Part shown: positions 1 to 9,780 of the stretch, piece after piece
Position numbering within the stretch: the stretch's first letter is position 1
How the letters are laid out: the number at the start of each line of letters is the position of its first letter
Source: an uncultured Hyphomicrobiales bacterium
Lineage (GTDB): Bacteria > Pseudomonadota > Alphaproteobacteria > Rhizobiales > Xanthobacteraceae
Length of the DNA: 44,175 nt
Reading direction: 5' to 3'
Assembly (NCBI GenBank): GCA_964539845.1
Contig: CAZIKZ010000001.1
Span: 1-44,175, forward strand
Translations under genes and position numbers: made by a program
The notes under the pieces: model-generated
Told to the model about the DNA's origin: nothing
Seen by the model: only the letters and a program-made list of their open reading frames with translations
Database searches by the model: none

Positions 1-323
1 TTGGAGGCGATCGGCTTTTCGATCAGGACATGGATGCCGCGCTCGATGCATTTCAGCGCGAGTTCGTGATGAAGGTGGGTCGGAGCGGCGATGGTCACGG
101 CGTCGAGGCCGGGGCCCAGCAGATCATCGATGTCTTCGACCGCGGGCACGCCCAGAATGCGGGTGACGAGTTCGCGCTGCTGCGAGTTCGGATCCGCGAC
201 ACCGACAAGGGTCACGTCCGGCAGTCCGGCGAAAACGCGGGCGTGGTTCGCCCCCATGATACCCACGCCGATCACGCCGACGCGGAGCGGCCCAGCTTCG
301 CCGCCCTTCATTGCACGAACCAT
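1..323 (-). CDS. Gfo/Idh/MocA family oxidoreductase, 5' part only (runs off the window edge); possibly GnnA-like sugar 3-dehydrogenase
   Basis: Not in the ORF track. My translation from ATG at 323: MVRAMKGGEAGPLRVGVIGVGIMGANHARVFAGLPDVTLVGVADP...LDAVTIAAPTHLHHELALKCIERGIHVLIEKPIAS. It has the GxGxxG Rossmann motif and the family EKP motif. Confidence 0.9.
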   Translation of the reverse strand, partial: MVRAMKGGEAGPLRVGVIGVGIMGANHARVFAGLPDVTLVGVADPNSQQRELVTRILGVPAVEDIDDLLGPGLDAVTIAAPTHLHHELALKCIERGIHVLIEKPIAS

Positions 324-511
324 TTGAAACACACCCCCGAAGCGGCCGAGATTCTCATTCTGCCTAGCATGGCCGTTCCAATTGCGGCGAGATTTCGTTC
401 ACCATGTCCAAACACCTTTTGAGTCAGAGCGTTACGACAGAGAAACGCCGAACAACTCAGAACTTGGACAGATTTGACGCAGACAAGCCGGCTTGTCGGC
501 GAATTCGGAGG

Positions 512-1261
512 CTATTCTGCCGCCGCTCGCCCGCCGAGGTCGAGTTGCAGGCCGGCCGCAAGGGCGTCCTCGCGGAAGGCTTGAACCGCGCCGAGCGAGA
601 GGTCTTCCGGCGTCTTGGTGCCGAGCGCTGGCAGCTTTTTCAGCACATCCGCGGGCGCCGTGATGATGTGGCAACCCATCTGGTCGGCCTCGATGACGTT
701 GTAGACCTCGCGGGTCGAGGCCCAGATGATTTCAATGGTCTGCGTCTGGCGCGCCTGCCCGATCGCATCCCGCATGAGCGGCGCGTAATCGACACCGAAA
801 TCCGCCAGCCGCCCGGCGAACACGGACACGCAGGAGGGCGCCCCGCCCGTCAAAGCCTGCATGGCCTTGGCAACCTGATCGGCAGTGAAGATCGCCGTGA
901 GGTTGATTTTTACGCCGTCTGACGACAGCGCACGAACGGCCTCAAACAGGGGCTCCTTGCGGGTGTTGGTCACCGGCAGCTTCACGTAGACATTCTTGCC
1001 CCAGGACGCGATCACGCGCCCCTGCGCCACCATTTCCGGGATATCGTCTGAAAACACCTCGAACGAGATATGCCGGTCGGGCACCGCGGCCACGAGATCG
1101 CGCGCATAGGCCTCGTAATCCTTCACACCGGCCTTCTTCAGCAGCGACGGATTGGTAGTGAAGCCGGCGATCCATTTATTCTTTGCCATGTCCACAATCT
1201 GAGCCTTGTCGGCCCCGTCGGTGAACAGCTTGACCTTGAGGTCGTCGAGTTTGATCGCCAT
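512..1261 (-). CDS. tal: Transaldolase (short TalC/FSA-size family)
   Basis: GFTTNPSL motif and Schiff-base Lys in VYVKLP. SFEV (Glu) and SVFAGR (Phe) indicate transaldolase rather than FSA. Start moved to ATG 1261 (MAIKLDD) because the longer ORF runs into a repeat element. Confidence 0.88.
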   Translation of the reverse strand: MAIKLDDLKVKLFTDGADKAQIVDMAKNKWIAGFTTNPSLLKKAGVKDYEAYARDLVAAVPDRHISFEVFSDDIPEMVAQGRVIASWGKNVYVKLPVTNTRKEPLFEAVRALSSDGVKINLTAIFTADQVAKAMQALTGGAPSCVSVFAGRLADFGVDYAPLMRDAIGQARQTQTIEIIWASTREVYNVIEADQMGCHIITAPADVLKKLPALGTKTPEDLSLGAVQAFREDALAAGLQLDLGGRAAAE

Positions 1262-1297
1262 GGTTTTCGCCTTCCCTGGAACGCAGCGTTCGCAGGG

Positions 1298-1383
1298 CCT
1301 CATCCTTGAGCATCGCAAAATGCGTCTGGAAGGCCCGACCTAGCCCTTCGAGGGGCCTGCTGTGAGGCTCCTCAGAATAAGGG
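1298..1383. repeat. Degenerate Rhizobiales-type intergenic palindromic element (RIME/REP-like)
   Basis: cctcatccttgag...gcgtctggaagg...cccttcgag...ggctcctcagaataaggg forms nested imperfect inverted repeats. It resembles the CCTCATCCTGAGG...TCGAAGG...CCTTCGA...CTCCTCAGGATGAGG elements I recall from Bradyrhizobium-like genomes. Confidence 0.6.
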
Positions 1384-1438
1384 CGGAACAGCGACCTTGT
1401 AGCAGAGTCCGGGAAAGCCTGACAGCCCGTCCGAACGC

Positions 1439-2866
1439 TCAGGACCGGCGATAGTCGTCCTCGATACGGACGATATCGTCCTCGCCGAGATAGCTGCCGG
1501 TCTGAACCTCGATCAGTTCCAGATCGATCATCCCGGGGTTTTCCAGCCGGTGCGATGTCCCCATCGGGATATAGATCGACTGGTTCTCGTGCAGGGTCTT
1601 CACGTCGTCACCGATCGTCACTCGGGCGGTGCCGCGCACCACGATCCAGTGCTCCGCGCGGTGATGGTGGTATTGCAGCGACAAACGACCGCCCTTCTTC
1701 ACGACAATCCGCTTCACCTGATAGCGATCGCCATTGTCGAGCGACTGATAATTGCCCCACGGCCGGTGGACGCGGATGTGATCCACGGTGACCGCCGGCG
1801 CGACCTCCTTCAACCTACCGACCAGGCGCTTCATCTCCGCCGTGTTTTTGCGATCGGCGATCAGAACGGCGTCTTCGCTCGCGATCACCACAAGGTCCTG
1901 AACGCCGAACAGCGCCACCAGCGGCTTTTCGGACGATGCAAAGGAGTTCCGCGTATCGAGGAACACCGCATTGCCCTGCCCGGCATTGCCATCGGCATCG
2001 TGCTGCGACATCTCCCACACCGCGTGCCAGGACCCGACATCGGACCAGCCATAGGACACCGGGATCACTGCGGCACGCTTGGTCTTCTCCATCACCGCGT
2101 AATCGATCGAGATTGGCTTGGCGCGCGCGAAGTGATCCGGATCGATGGTGACGAAGCCAAGATCGCTGCCGGCGGCTTCGATCGCCTCCTGTGTGGCAGC
2201 GACGGTCTCCGGCTCGAAGGCGCTGTATTCGCCAAGAAGATCGCCGGCGCGGAAAACGAAGTTACCCGAATTCCACAGATAACCGTCGGCGATGTAACGC
2301 TTGGCGGTCTCAGCGTCCGGCTTTTCGACGAAACGCTCGACCGCGAACACGGCGCCGCCACAGCCCGCGCCGGGACGGATATAGCCGTAATCGGTCGCAG
2401 GGCGATCCGGCTTGACGCCGAACGTAACGATACGTCCGCCATGGGCTGCCGCGCCGGCTTCGCGACACGCTGCGACAAAGGCTGCACTGTCCGCGACGAC
2501 ATGATCCGCCGCCAGCGCCATCATCACGGGGTTGCCATCGCGCTTCGCACCGAAGGCCGCACCGGCGGCAATCGCAGGTCCGGAATCGCGGCGAATCGGC
2601 TCCAGCAGGATGTCGGCATCGATACCGATTTCGGCGAGCTGCTCCTGCACAATGAATCGATATTGCGTGTTGGTGATGACGATCGGCCGCGCGAAAACCG
2701 CAGGGTCCGACACGCGCAACATCGTGTCCTGGAACGTCGAGCGCGATCCGAGCAACGGCAGGAACTGCTTGGGCCTGCCTTCGCGCGAGGATGGCCACAG
2801 ACGCGTGCCGGCGCCGCCGCACATAACGAGCGGGACGATTCGGCTGGATGAGGCAACTTGGTTCAT
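1439..2866 (-). CDS. manC: Mannose-1-phosphate guanylyltransferase / mannose-6-phosphate isomerase (type II PMI)
   Basis: GGAGTRLWP..R...PKQF, FVEKPD, WNSGNF, SIDYAVME and WSDVGSW motifs. C-terminal cupin RPWG...LSLQYHHHRAEHW...EVQTGSYLGEDDIVR. Confidence 0.97.
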   Translation of the reverse strand: MNQVASSSRIVPLVMCGGAGTRLWPSSREGRPKQFLPLLGSRSTFQDTMLRVSDPAVFARPIVITNTQYRFIVQEQLAEIGIDADILLEPIRRDSGPAIAAGAAFGAKRDGNPVMMALAADHVVADSAAFVAACREAGAAAHGGRIVTFGVKPDRPATDYGYIRPGAGCGGAVFAVERFVEKPDAETAKRYIADGYLWNSGNFVFRAGDLLGEYSAFEPETVAATQEAIEAAGSDLGFVTIDPDHFARAKPISIDYAVMEKTKRAAVIPVSYGWSDVGSWHAVWEMSQHDADGNAGQGNAVFLDTRNSFASSEKPLVALFGVQDLVVIASEDAVLIADRKNTAEMKRLVGRLKEVAPAVTVDHIRVHRPWGNYQSLDNGDRYQVKRIVVKKGGRLSLQYHHHRAEHWIVVRGTARVTIGDDVKTLHENQSIYIPMGTSHRLENPGMIDLELIEVQTGSYLGEDDIVRIEDDYRRS

Positions 2867-2918
2867 GAACGCTTAAATCGCACTAAAAGATCGATGCCAC
2901 CGTTAGAACACGGCGACC

Positions 2919-3932
2919 TTAAGCTCTGGTGTATCGCAGATACCACTCGATGAAATTGCGAATCCCGGTCTCTACCGGTGTCGACGGCCGGAAGCCGACA
3001 TCTCGCATCAGGTCATCGACGTCCGCATAGGTCTCCGGCACATCGCCGGGCTGCATCGGCATCAGCTCGCGTATCGCCTTCTTGCCGAGGCATTTTTCCA
3101 TCTCCGCAACAACCTGCAGAAGCTCGACCGGCTTGTTGTTGCCGATATTATAGATGCGATAGGGCGCGGAGCTTGCGGCCGGATTCGGATCCTTTCCGGA
3201 CCATTGCGGATCCGGGGCAGCCGGCCGCCGGATCAGGCGAACCAATGACTCCACGACATCGTCGACGTAAGTGAAATCGCGCCGCATGTTGCCGTGGTTG
3301 AACAGCATGATCGGCTTCCCGGCGAGGATGGACTGCGCAAAGATCCACATCGCCATGTCCGGCCGGCCCCAGGGTCCATATACTGTGAAGAAGCGCAGGC
3401 CCGTCACCGGCAGCCGAAACAAATGCGCATAGGAATGCGCCATCAGTTCGTTTGCCTTCTTGCTCGCCGCATACATCGAAATTGGATGGTCGACATTGTC
3501 GCTCACGCGGAACGGCAAGCGCGTATTGGCACCGTAAACCGACGATGACGATGCGAAGATCAGGTGCTTGCAGTCGTTGTGCCGGCAGCCTTCCAGCACA
3601 TTGGCAAAGCCCTGGAGATTGGCATCGACATAGGCCTCCGGATGCGAGATCGAGTGGCGCACGCCGGCCTGCGCGGCAAGGTGTACGACGTGCGGAAATT
3701 TGTGTTCGCTGAACAGGTCCGCCGTCGCCTTGCGGTCGGCAAGGTCGAGCTTCGCGAACTCGAAATGGTTGGACGTCGTAAGTTCGGCGAGCCGCTCCTC
3801 TTTCAGCGCCGGATCGTAATAGGGCGTCATGTTGTCGACGCCGATCACACGACGGCCCTGCGATAACAGCCTGCGCGTCACATGGAAGCCGATAAAGCCG
3901 GCAGCACCTGTAACCAGGATCGGCTCGTCCAT
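2919..3932 (-). CDS. UDP-glucuronate 4-epimerase-type NAD-dependent epimerase (LspL/WcaG-like)
   Basis: TGAAGFIG, HLAAQAGVRHS, YAASK, RFFTVYGPWGRPDMA and PMQPGDV motifs. ATG at 3932 overlaps the upstream stop (TGATG). Confidence 0.92.
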   Translation of the reverse strand: MDEPILVTGAAGFIGFHVTRRLLSQGRRVIGVDNMTPYYDPALKEERLAELTTSNHFEFAKLDLADRKATADLFSEHKFPHVVHLAAQAGVRHSISHPEAYVDANLQGFANVLEGCRHNDCKHLIFASSSSVYGANTRLPFRVSDNVDHPISMYAASKKANELMAHSYAHLFRLPVTGLRFFTVYGPWGRPDMAMWIFAQSILAGKPIMLFNHGNMRRDFTYVDDVVESLVRLIRRPAAPDPQWSGKDPNPAASSAPYRIYNIGNNKPVELLQVVAEMEKCLGKKAIRELMPMQPGDVPETYADVDDLMRDVGFRPSTPVETGIRNFIEWYLRYTRA

Positions 3933-5233
3933 CACAGCCGCCACAATTCAATACCGGCGGGCCTGGACCCGCGATCGAGCAGCAATTTCACGTCGAACAC
4001 CAGCCCCTCGCCACCACGCAACAAACCGGCGATCAGCGGCCATCCGCCGCGGACATAATCGTCATGCCCGACCGCCAGCACGACCGCGTCGGCGGGCTTG
4101 AGCGCGCCTTTCACCATCAGGTCGATTCCATATTCGTGCTTCGCCTCGTCTGCCGAAGCCATCGGATCGTGGACCTGCACGGTAACACCTGCAGCGGCAA
4201 GTTCGCGCACGATATCGGCAACCTTGGAATTGCGTGTATCCGGCACGTTCTCCTTGAACGTAATCCCGAGGACGGTGACGGTCGCGTTCACACACTGACG
4301 CTTGAACAGCGCCTGCACGCAAGCGAGAGCGACGCGTTGCCCGACACCGTCGTTGATGCGGCGCCCGGCCAGGATCACTTCGGGATGATAGCCAGCGCGC
4401 TCGGCCCGGTACGTCAGATAATATGGATCGACGCCGATACAGTGCCCCCCGACGAGGCCCGGATAGAATTTCTGGAAATTCCATTTGGTGCCAGCCGCGG
4501 CCAGCACGTCGCCGGTATCGATGCCGAGCTGGTGGCAGATCGCCGAGAGTTCATTCATGAACGCGATATTGAGATCGCGCTGCGTGTTCTCGATCACCTT
4601 CGCCGCCTCCGCGACCTTGATCGAGGGCGCGCGATGAACGCCCGCTGTCACCACCGAGCTATAGACATTGGCTACGATATCGAGCGTCGGCGCATCCTGC
4701 CCCGCCACCACTTTGATAATCGTTTCAAAGCGGTGCTGCTTGTCACCGGGATTGATGCGTTCGGGCGAATAGCCAACCGTAAAATCCGAACCCGCGCGCA
4801 ACCCGGACGCACGCTCCAGCACCGGGATGCAGTCTTCCTCGATGCAGCCCGGGTAGACAGTGGATTCGTATACGACGATCGCGCCCCTCCGCATCGCCTT
4901 GCCGACGGTCTCGGAGGCAGCAAACACAGCGCGCAGATCCGGCCGGTTGGCGTCGTCGATCGGCGTCGGAACAGTGACGATGAAAAAGTCCGAAGTTCCG
5001 AGATCCGCAGCATCGCTCGTGAGCGACAAGCCTGGACGGGCCAAGTCAACCGCCTCAACCTCGCGGGTCCGGTCGTGGCCGGAACGCAGCTCCGAAATGC
5101 GGCGCGCATCGATATCAAAACCCGCCACCGGGATGCCGGCGCGCGCGAACGAAACCGCAACCGGAAGGCCGACATACCCAAGGCCAATCACGGCGATCTT
5201 TCGGCTGTGCGCCACGCGAGTTCTACCCCTCAA
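3932..5233 (-). CDS. Nucleotide-sugar 6-dehydrogenase (TviB/WbpO/CapL type, UDP-HexNAc to UDP-HexNAcA)
   Basis: GLGYVGLP, VPTP, YESTVYPG, YSPERINPGD, AAKVIENTQRD, GGHCIGVDPYYL and FKENVPD motifs. Confidence 0.93.
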   Translation of the reverse strand: MRGRTRVAHSRKIAVIGLGYVGLPVAVSFARAGIPVAGFDIDARRISELRSGHDRTREVEAVDLARPGLSLTSDAADLGTSDFFIVTVPTPIDDANRPDLRAVFAASETVGKAMRRGAIVVYESTVYPGCIEEDCIPVLERASGLRAGSDFTVGYSPERINPGDKQHRFETIIKVVAGQDAPTLDIVANVYSSVVTAGVHRAPSIKVAEAAKVIENTQRDLNIAFMNELSAICHQLGIDTGDVLAAAGTKWNFQKFYPGLVGGHCIGVDPYYLTYRAERAGYHPEVILAGRRINDGVGQRVALACVQALFKRQCVNATVTVLGITFKENVPDTRNSKVADIVRELAAAGVTVQVHDPMASADEAKHEYGIDLMVKGALKPADAVVLAVGHDDYVRGGWPLIAGLLRGGEGLVFDVKLLLDRGSRPAGIELWRL

Positions 5234-5250
5234 ATGAAAGCGCGGTCTGT

Positions 5251-6441
5251 TTAGCTGGCCGCCGCCGCGCCCGGCAATAGCGCAGGCCGCGACCGTGCGA
5301 GGGTATCGTAAAGAGCGACAACCTGGGCACCGATGCGCGCGCTGGAGAACTCAGCCTCGACCAGGGCCCGTCCGGCCGCGCCGAGCCGGGCCCGCAAGGC
5401 AGGATCCCGCGCAAGAACCGCGATCGCGTCGGCCAAGGCCACCGGATCGTCGGGCGGCACCAGAAAGGCGTTAACGTCATGCCGGGCGATCTCCCGGCAG
5501 CCGGGAACGTCGGTGGCCACAATCGGACGGCCGAATGCCGCAGCTTCGAGCAGGCTCTTGGGCAGTCCCTCCCGGCGCGAGGGCAGGACAGCCACATGCG
5601 CACGCGCCCATACCTTTTCGATGCCGGACACGAGCCCCAGCAACTCGACGCCTGGCCGGTGCTTCCAGCCTTCAACCTCGTCGGCCGGGATCGAGGCTGG
5701 ATTGGCCGGATCGCGATCTCCGGCAATCAGGAGCCGGACCCGTTCGCCGTGCGCGGCCATGAGCGCCTGCGCCTCCACGAGCGGGCGAATGCCCTTGTCG
5801 TCGAGCAGCCGGCCGACAAAGGCCGCCGTCACGTCTCCTTCAGGCTCCGGCAGCGGCGTGATGACGCTGGTATCCACGCCCGACCCCGGGATCAAATGCA
5901 CACGCTCAGATGCAACGCCGAGAGCCTGCACCGCGTCGCGATCGTCCGGGTTCTGCACCAGCACTGCGGAGAGCGGATTGTTGAACAGAACGCGCACGAG
6001 CGCCGCCAGTACCGGTCGCAATACGAGCGCACTGAGATTGCGAGACGTAAACACGAAACCGAGCCCGGCCAGCGCGTTGAGTCTTGCCACCGGCAGGCCG
6101 ATGGCTGCCAACGAGCCTATGATCGAAGGCTGCAGCGCCACGTGATGGACGAGGTCTGGCTGCAAGTCGCGATACAACCGGCGCACTTGCCGCACGATCG
6201 ACGCCACCTCAAGCGGATTGATGCTGCCCCGACACCAATCAAGTGGATGCAGCGTGAAGCCCTTTGCCTCGATCTGAGCCCCATGCGTGGAAACGCGTGT
6301 GGCCACATGGATCCGATAGCCGGCGCGTTGCGCAGCGATCGCCATGGGCAGCCGATGCGACACGAAATACCAGTCCTCGGTCACGAGATAGACCAGCACC
6401 GGCCCGGCGCTCGAACGGTCGCTCGTAGGATCCGGCGTCAT
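5251..6441 (-). CDS. GT4 family glycosyltransferase (CapM-like)
   Basis: VTEDWYFVSHRL N-terminus, GRLLDDKGI, EGLPKSLLE (Ex7E) and DVPGCRE motifs. Confidence 0.9.
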   Translation of the reverse strand: MTPDPTSDRSSAGPVLVYLVTEDWYFVSHRLPMAIAAQRAGYRIHVATRVSTHGAQIEAKGFTLHPLDWCRGSINPLEVASIVRQVRRLYRDLQPDLVHHVALQPSIIGSLAAIGLPVARLNALAGLGFVFTSRNLSALVLRPVLAALVRVLFNNPLSAVLVQNPDDRDAVQALGVASERVHLIPGSGVDTSVITPLPEPEGDVTAAFVGRLLDDKGIRPLVEAQALMAAHGERVRLLIAGDRDPANPASIPADEVEGWKHRPGVELLGLVSGIEKVWARAHVAVLPSRREGLPKSLLEAAAFGRPIVATDVPGCREIARHDVNAFLVPPDDPVALADAIAVLARDPALRARLGAAGRALVEAEFSSARIGAQVVALYDTLARSRPALLPGAAAAS

Positions 6442-6467
6442 AGGTTCAGTCTGTCCCTCAAAAAGGC

Positions 6468-7583
6468 TTGACGCGACGGCACGGCCATTGTTCCAGTCCG
6501 CCCCAGAGCGGCCCGCAAGCGGTTCCGCTTACGGCGCAATGCTCTAGCAGGCGCCTTGCGGGACCAGAAGCCTTGATACGTACAGATTCTCCAAGCGAAG
6601 CTGCCCGGACAGCCAGCAGCCCCATTCGCCGGAGGCTCGTCCAATTCGTACTAACGCTCGCCGTGGCGGCCGCACTGCTCGCGGCCACGCTGCATTTCGT
6701 GGACATGCAGCAGGTTGGCGAGAGATTGCGCAAGATTGGCCTTTGGGCCGCTTTGCTCGCGGCCAGCCTGATACTCGCCCAGGTGGTGCTTTGCGCGGTT
6801 CGCTGGAGCCTGATCACGAGGCTCACCCCGACGCCGCTGCCCTTCTACGCGGCGATGCGCGGGTATCTGGAAGCGGCCTTCGTGAATGCCTTCCTGCCGA
6901 GCCTGATCGTGAGCGACGGCACCCGTATGATGCGCGCGATCGCAAGCGGCGCGCGTCCGACATACGCCTTTGTCGGCGTTGCAAGCGACAGGCTGGTCGC
7001 GCTTTGCGCGCTGGCCATTGCCTCCGCCACCGGATTGTTCCTGCTGCCGGAGGCGAGCCGCCGTCCGCTGGTGGTCGCGGCGCTGGTCGGCCTGCTGCCG
7101 GCTTTCATTATCGGTCTTGTCTTGCTGGACATTCTGGGACGGGTCTTCGTGCGCTTCTCGCAGTTCAGAATGGTTCGACCTTTCCTTGAGCTGGCATCGC
7201 TAATGCAGCGGCTGCGCGGGATGCCGGGTCTCACCGTCATCGTGATCGCGATCTCGCTCCTTGGCCACGGGTTATCAGCGGGGGCCTTCTACATCCTCGC
7301 GCTCCAGCTCGAACTCGGGATCGGCTATTGGCCGATGTTCGCGCTCTCCGCACCGATCATCGTTTATTCCGCGGTGCCGATCTCGATCGGTGGCTGGGGC
7401 GTCCGCGAAGCTTTGAGTGCCGCATTGTTCGGCCTGATTGGCATCGCACCGGCCTCTGGTGTCGCGCTCTCGATCGCATTCGGAGTCATCATCTCCGTGG
7501 TCGGGGTATTCTGCGGCTGCGCCGCGCTTCTCGCCACACTGTACAGCCGCACTCCTGCATTTCGAAAGGCGCCGCAATCGTGA
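6468..7583 (+). CDS. Lysylphosphatidylglycerol-synthase TM-domain / UPF0104 (AglD2/YbhN-like) putative flippase
   Basis: Multiple hydrophobic segments with RW, NAFLPS...DG.R, DRL and VPISIGGWGVRE motifs. True start is uncertain (possibly TTG 6573). Confidence 0.8.
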   Translation: MTRRHGHCSSPPQSGPQAVPLTAQCSSRRLAGPEALIRTDSPSEAARTASSPIRRRLVQFVLTLAVAAALLAATLHFVDMQQVGERLRKIGLWAALLAASLILAQVVLCAVRWSLITRLTPTPLPFYAAMRGYLEAAFVNAFLPSLIVSDGTRMMRAIASGARPTYAFVGVASDRLVALCALAIASATGLFLLPEASRRPLVVAALVGLLPAFIIGLVLLDILGRVFVRFSQFRMVRPFLELASLMQRLRGMPGLTVIVIAISLLGHGLSAGAFYILALQLELGIGYWPMFALSAPIIVYSAVPISIGGWGVREALSAALFGLIGIAPASGVALSIAFGVIISVVGVFCGCAALLATLYSRTPAFRKAPQS

Positions 7584-9040
7584 CTGCGACGGAAATGGGA
7601 AGGTCGACACGCGCGCTTTCACGCAAGACGAAGATTCTCGTGCATGCAGACCGCATCGCGGGCGAACGCCAGCGTTGGATCGCGCGTAACAGCGCCTTCT
7701 ATCGTGACGATCGCAACTACATGAAATTCCTGATCCCGAAGGGCGTGCGTGTGCTCGACCTCGGGTGCGGAACCGGCGACCTTCTGGCCGAACTCGAGCC
7801 GTCCTACGGGATCGGGGTCGATATCAGTCCGGCCATGGTCGAACAGGCGACGCACGACCATCCGCATCTGTCTTTCATGGTCGGCGATGTCGAGGACGAA
7901 GCGGTCATCAACAAAATCGAGGGACCGTTCGACTACATCGTGATGTCCGATACGATTGGCATGCTGGACGATATCGAGACCGCACTCCGGCAGTTGCAGC
8001 CGCTCTGCGGCCCGGACACCCGCATCGTCATCGCCTATTACTCCGCGCTCTGGGAGCCTTTGCTGAAGGTCGCGGAATGGGTTGGGCTCAAGATGCCGCA
8101 GCCGCCGACGAACTATCTGAACACGACGGACTTCCTGAATATCCTCGATCTCGCCGAGTTCGAGCCAATCAAGATGGACTATCGGCAGCTCGTGCCGCGG
8201 CGGCTACTCGGCCTCGGCACGCTGATCAACCGGTTCTTCGCACCGCTCCCCGCCATACGCAGGCTCTGCCTGCGCACCTACGTGGTTGCGCGTTCGCTGA
8301 CTGCCAAGGGCCCCGACGAACTGTCAGCCAGCATTATCATCCCCTGCCGCAACGAACGCGGCAATATCGAGACCGCAATCAAGCGGCTGCCCGCTTTCGG
8401 CAAGTCGCAGGAGATCATCTACGTCGAGGGAAACTCCAGCGACGATACCTATCAGGAATGTTTGCGCGTCAAAGAGGCTTATGCGGAAACGCACGACATC
8501 AAGGTGCTGAAGCAGGACGGCCGCGGCAAGGGCGATGCCGTTCGCAAGGCCTTCGCCAATGCATCAGGCGACATCCTGATGATCCTCGATGCCGACCTCA
8601 CGATGCCGCCCGAGGCGCTGCCGAAATTCTACGCAGCGATCGCACGCGGCAAGGCTGATTTTGTGAATGGCACCCGCCTCGTCTATCCGATGGATGACGA
8701 GGCGATGCGCCCGCTGAATTTCATCGCCAATCGCTTTTTCGCCGGCGTGTTCAGTTATCTCGTCAACCAGCGCTTCAGCGACACGCTTTGCGGCACCAAG
8801 GTGCTGACCCGCAGGCATTACGAGGCGATCGCGCGCGGCCGGGACTATTTTGGCGAGTTTGACCCGTTCGGGGATTTCGATCTGATCTTCGGCGCGGCCA
8901 AGCAGAACCTGAAAATCGTCGAGGTGCCGGTGCATTACGGTGCCCGCGTCTATGGCGAAACCCAGATTTCGCGCTTCCGCGACGGATGGCTTTTGCTCCG
9001 GATGGTCGGCTTCGCCTTCATGAAGCTGAAAGCGTTCTGA
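7580..9040 (+). CDS. Bifunctional class I SAM methyltransferase-like domain + GT2 (polyprenol-phosphate glycosyltransferase-like)
   Basis: N-terminal VLDLGCGTG and VDIS. C-terminal IIIPCRNE, GRGKGDAVR, ILDADLT (DxD), GTR and DTLCGTK. GTG 7580 overlaps the upstream TGA (GTGA). Confidence 0.88.
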   Translation: MTATEMGRSTRALSRKTKILVHADRIAGERQRWIARNSAFYRDDRNYMKFLIPKGVRVLDLGCGTGDLLAELEPSYGIGVDISPAMVEQATHDHPHLSFMVGDVEDEAVINKIEGPFDYIVMSDTIGMLDDIETALRQLQPLCGPDTRIVIAYYSALWEPLLKVAEWVGLKMPQPPTNYLNTTDFLNILDLAEFEPIKMDYRQLVPRRLLGLGTLINRFFAPLPAIRRLCLRTYVVARSLTAKGPDELSASIIIPCRNERGNIETAIKRLPAFGKSQEIIYVEGNSSDDTYQECLRVKEAYAETHDIKVLKQDGRGKGDAVRKAFANASGDILMILDADLTMPPEALPKFYAAIARGKADFVNGTRLVYPMDDEAMRPLNFIANRFFAGVFSYLVNQRFSDTLCGTKVLTRRHYEAIARGRDYFGEFDPFGDFDLIFGAAKQNLKIVEVPVHYGARVYGETQISRFRDGWLLLRMVGFAFMKLKAF

Positions 9041-9048
9041 GCACCGCC

Positions 9049-9780
9049 ATGGAGGCTCCAGCCACACTGGCCGACTACCGGGAAATCTGGGCGAAAAAGC
9101 CGGTCCTTCGCGCCGTCTACGGGGACATCTATCGCCGCATGGCCGGCGCTTTGGTCCCAGGCCGCACGCTCGAAATCGGCGGCGGTTCCGGCAATTTCAA
9201 GACGTTTGCGCCTGACACGCTGTCGAGCGACATTACGCTTGCCCCCTGGCTCGATCTCGTCTGCGACGCCCAGCGCCTGCCACTCGCGGCAGGAAGCCTC
9301 AGTAATGTCGTGATGGTCGATGTGCTGCACCACATCGAATTTCCAATCCGCTCCTTGCGCGAGATTGCCGATGCGCTCAAGCCAGGCGGTCGCCTCATCA
9401 TGTGCGAGCCCGCGATCACGCCGATCAGCGGCATCTTCTACCGCCACTTTCATCCCGAACCGGTGGACATGACGGCCGATCCATTGCTCGACGGCACCAT
9501 CTCTCCGGACAAGGATCCGTTCGATTCAAATCAGGCGATACCAACGCTCCTGACCGGACGTGACCGGGAACGCCTATCGAACACAGTTCCAAAACTGCGA
9601 CTACAATCGCTCGAATATTTTTCTTTTATTGCCTACCCGCTATCGGGCGGATTCCGTCCTTGGTCGCTGATCCCGCTTTCGCTCGCGAGACCCCTGCTCT
9701 CGATCGAGTGGAAATTGCGGAAGATTTTCGGTCGCATCGCCGCGTTCCGCTTGCTCGCGGTGTACGAGAAGATCAGTTAA
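9049..9780 (+). CDS. Class I SAM-dependent methyltransferase
   Basis: LEIGGGSG, CDAQRLP, DVLHH and LKPGGRL motifs. Start taken at ATG 9049. Confidence 0.85.
   Translation: MEAPATLADYREIWAKKPVLRAVYGDIYRRMAGALVPGRTLEIGGGSGNFKTFAPDTLSSDITLAPWLDLVCDAQRLPLAAGSLSNVVMVDVLHHIEFPIRSLREIADALKPGGRLIMCEPAITPISGIFYRHFHPEPVDMTADPLLDGTISPDKDPFDSNQAIPTLLTGRDRERLSNTVPKLRLQSLEYFSFIAYPLSGGFRPWSLIPLSLARPLLSIEWKLRKIFGRIAAFRLLAVYEKIS

Noticed and set aside
30..422. Plus-strand 130-aa ORF and other long antisense ORFs (e.g. 1550-2851, 4064-5254, 5479-6471, 39402-40406)
   Set aside because: These are shadow frames opposite well-supported genes in GC-rich DNA and show no recognisable motifs.
2861..2870. GTTCATGAAC palindrome at the manC start as a third operator
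   Set aside because: It has the same half-sites but no spacer, so the geometry differs from the two identical 16-mers. It is partly explained by the ATG AAC codons.
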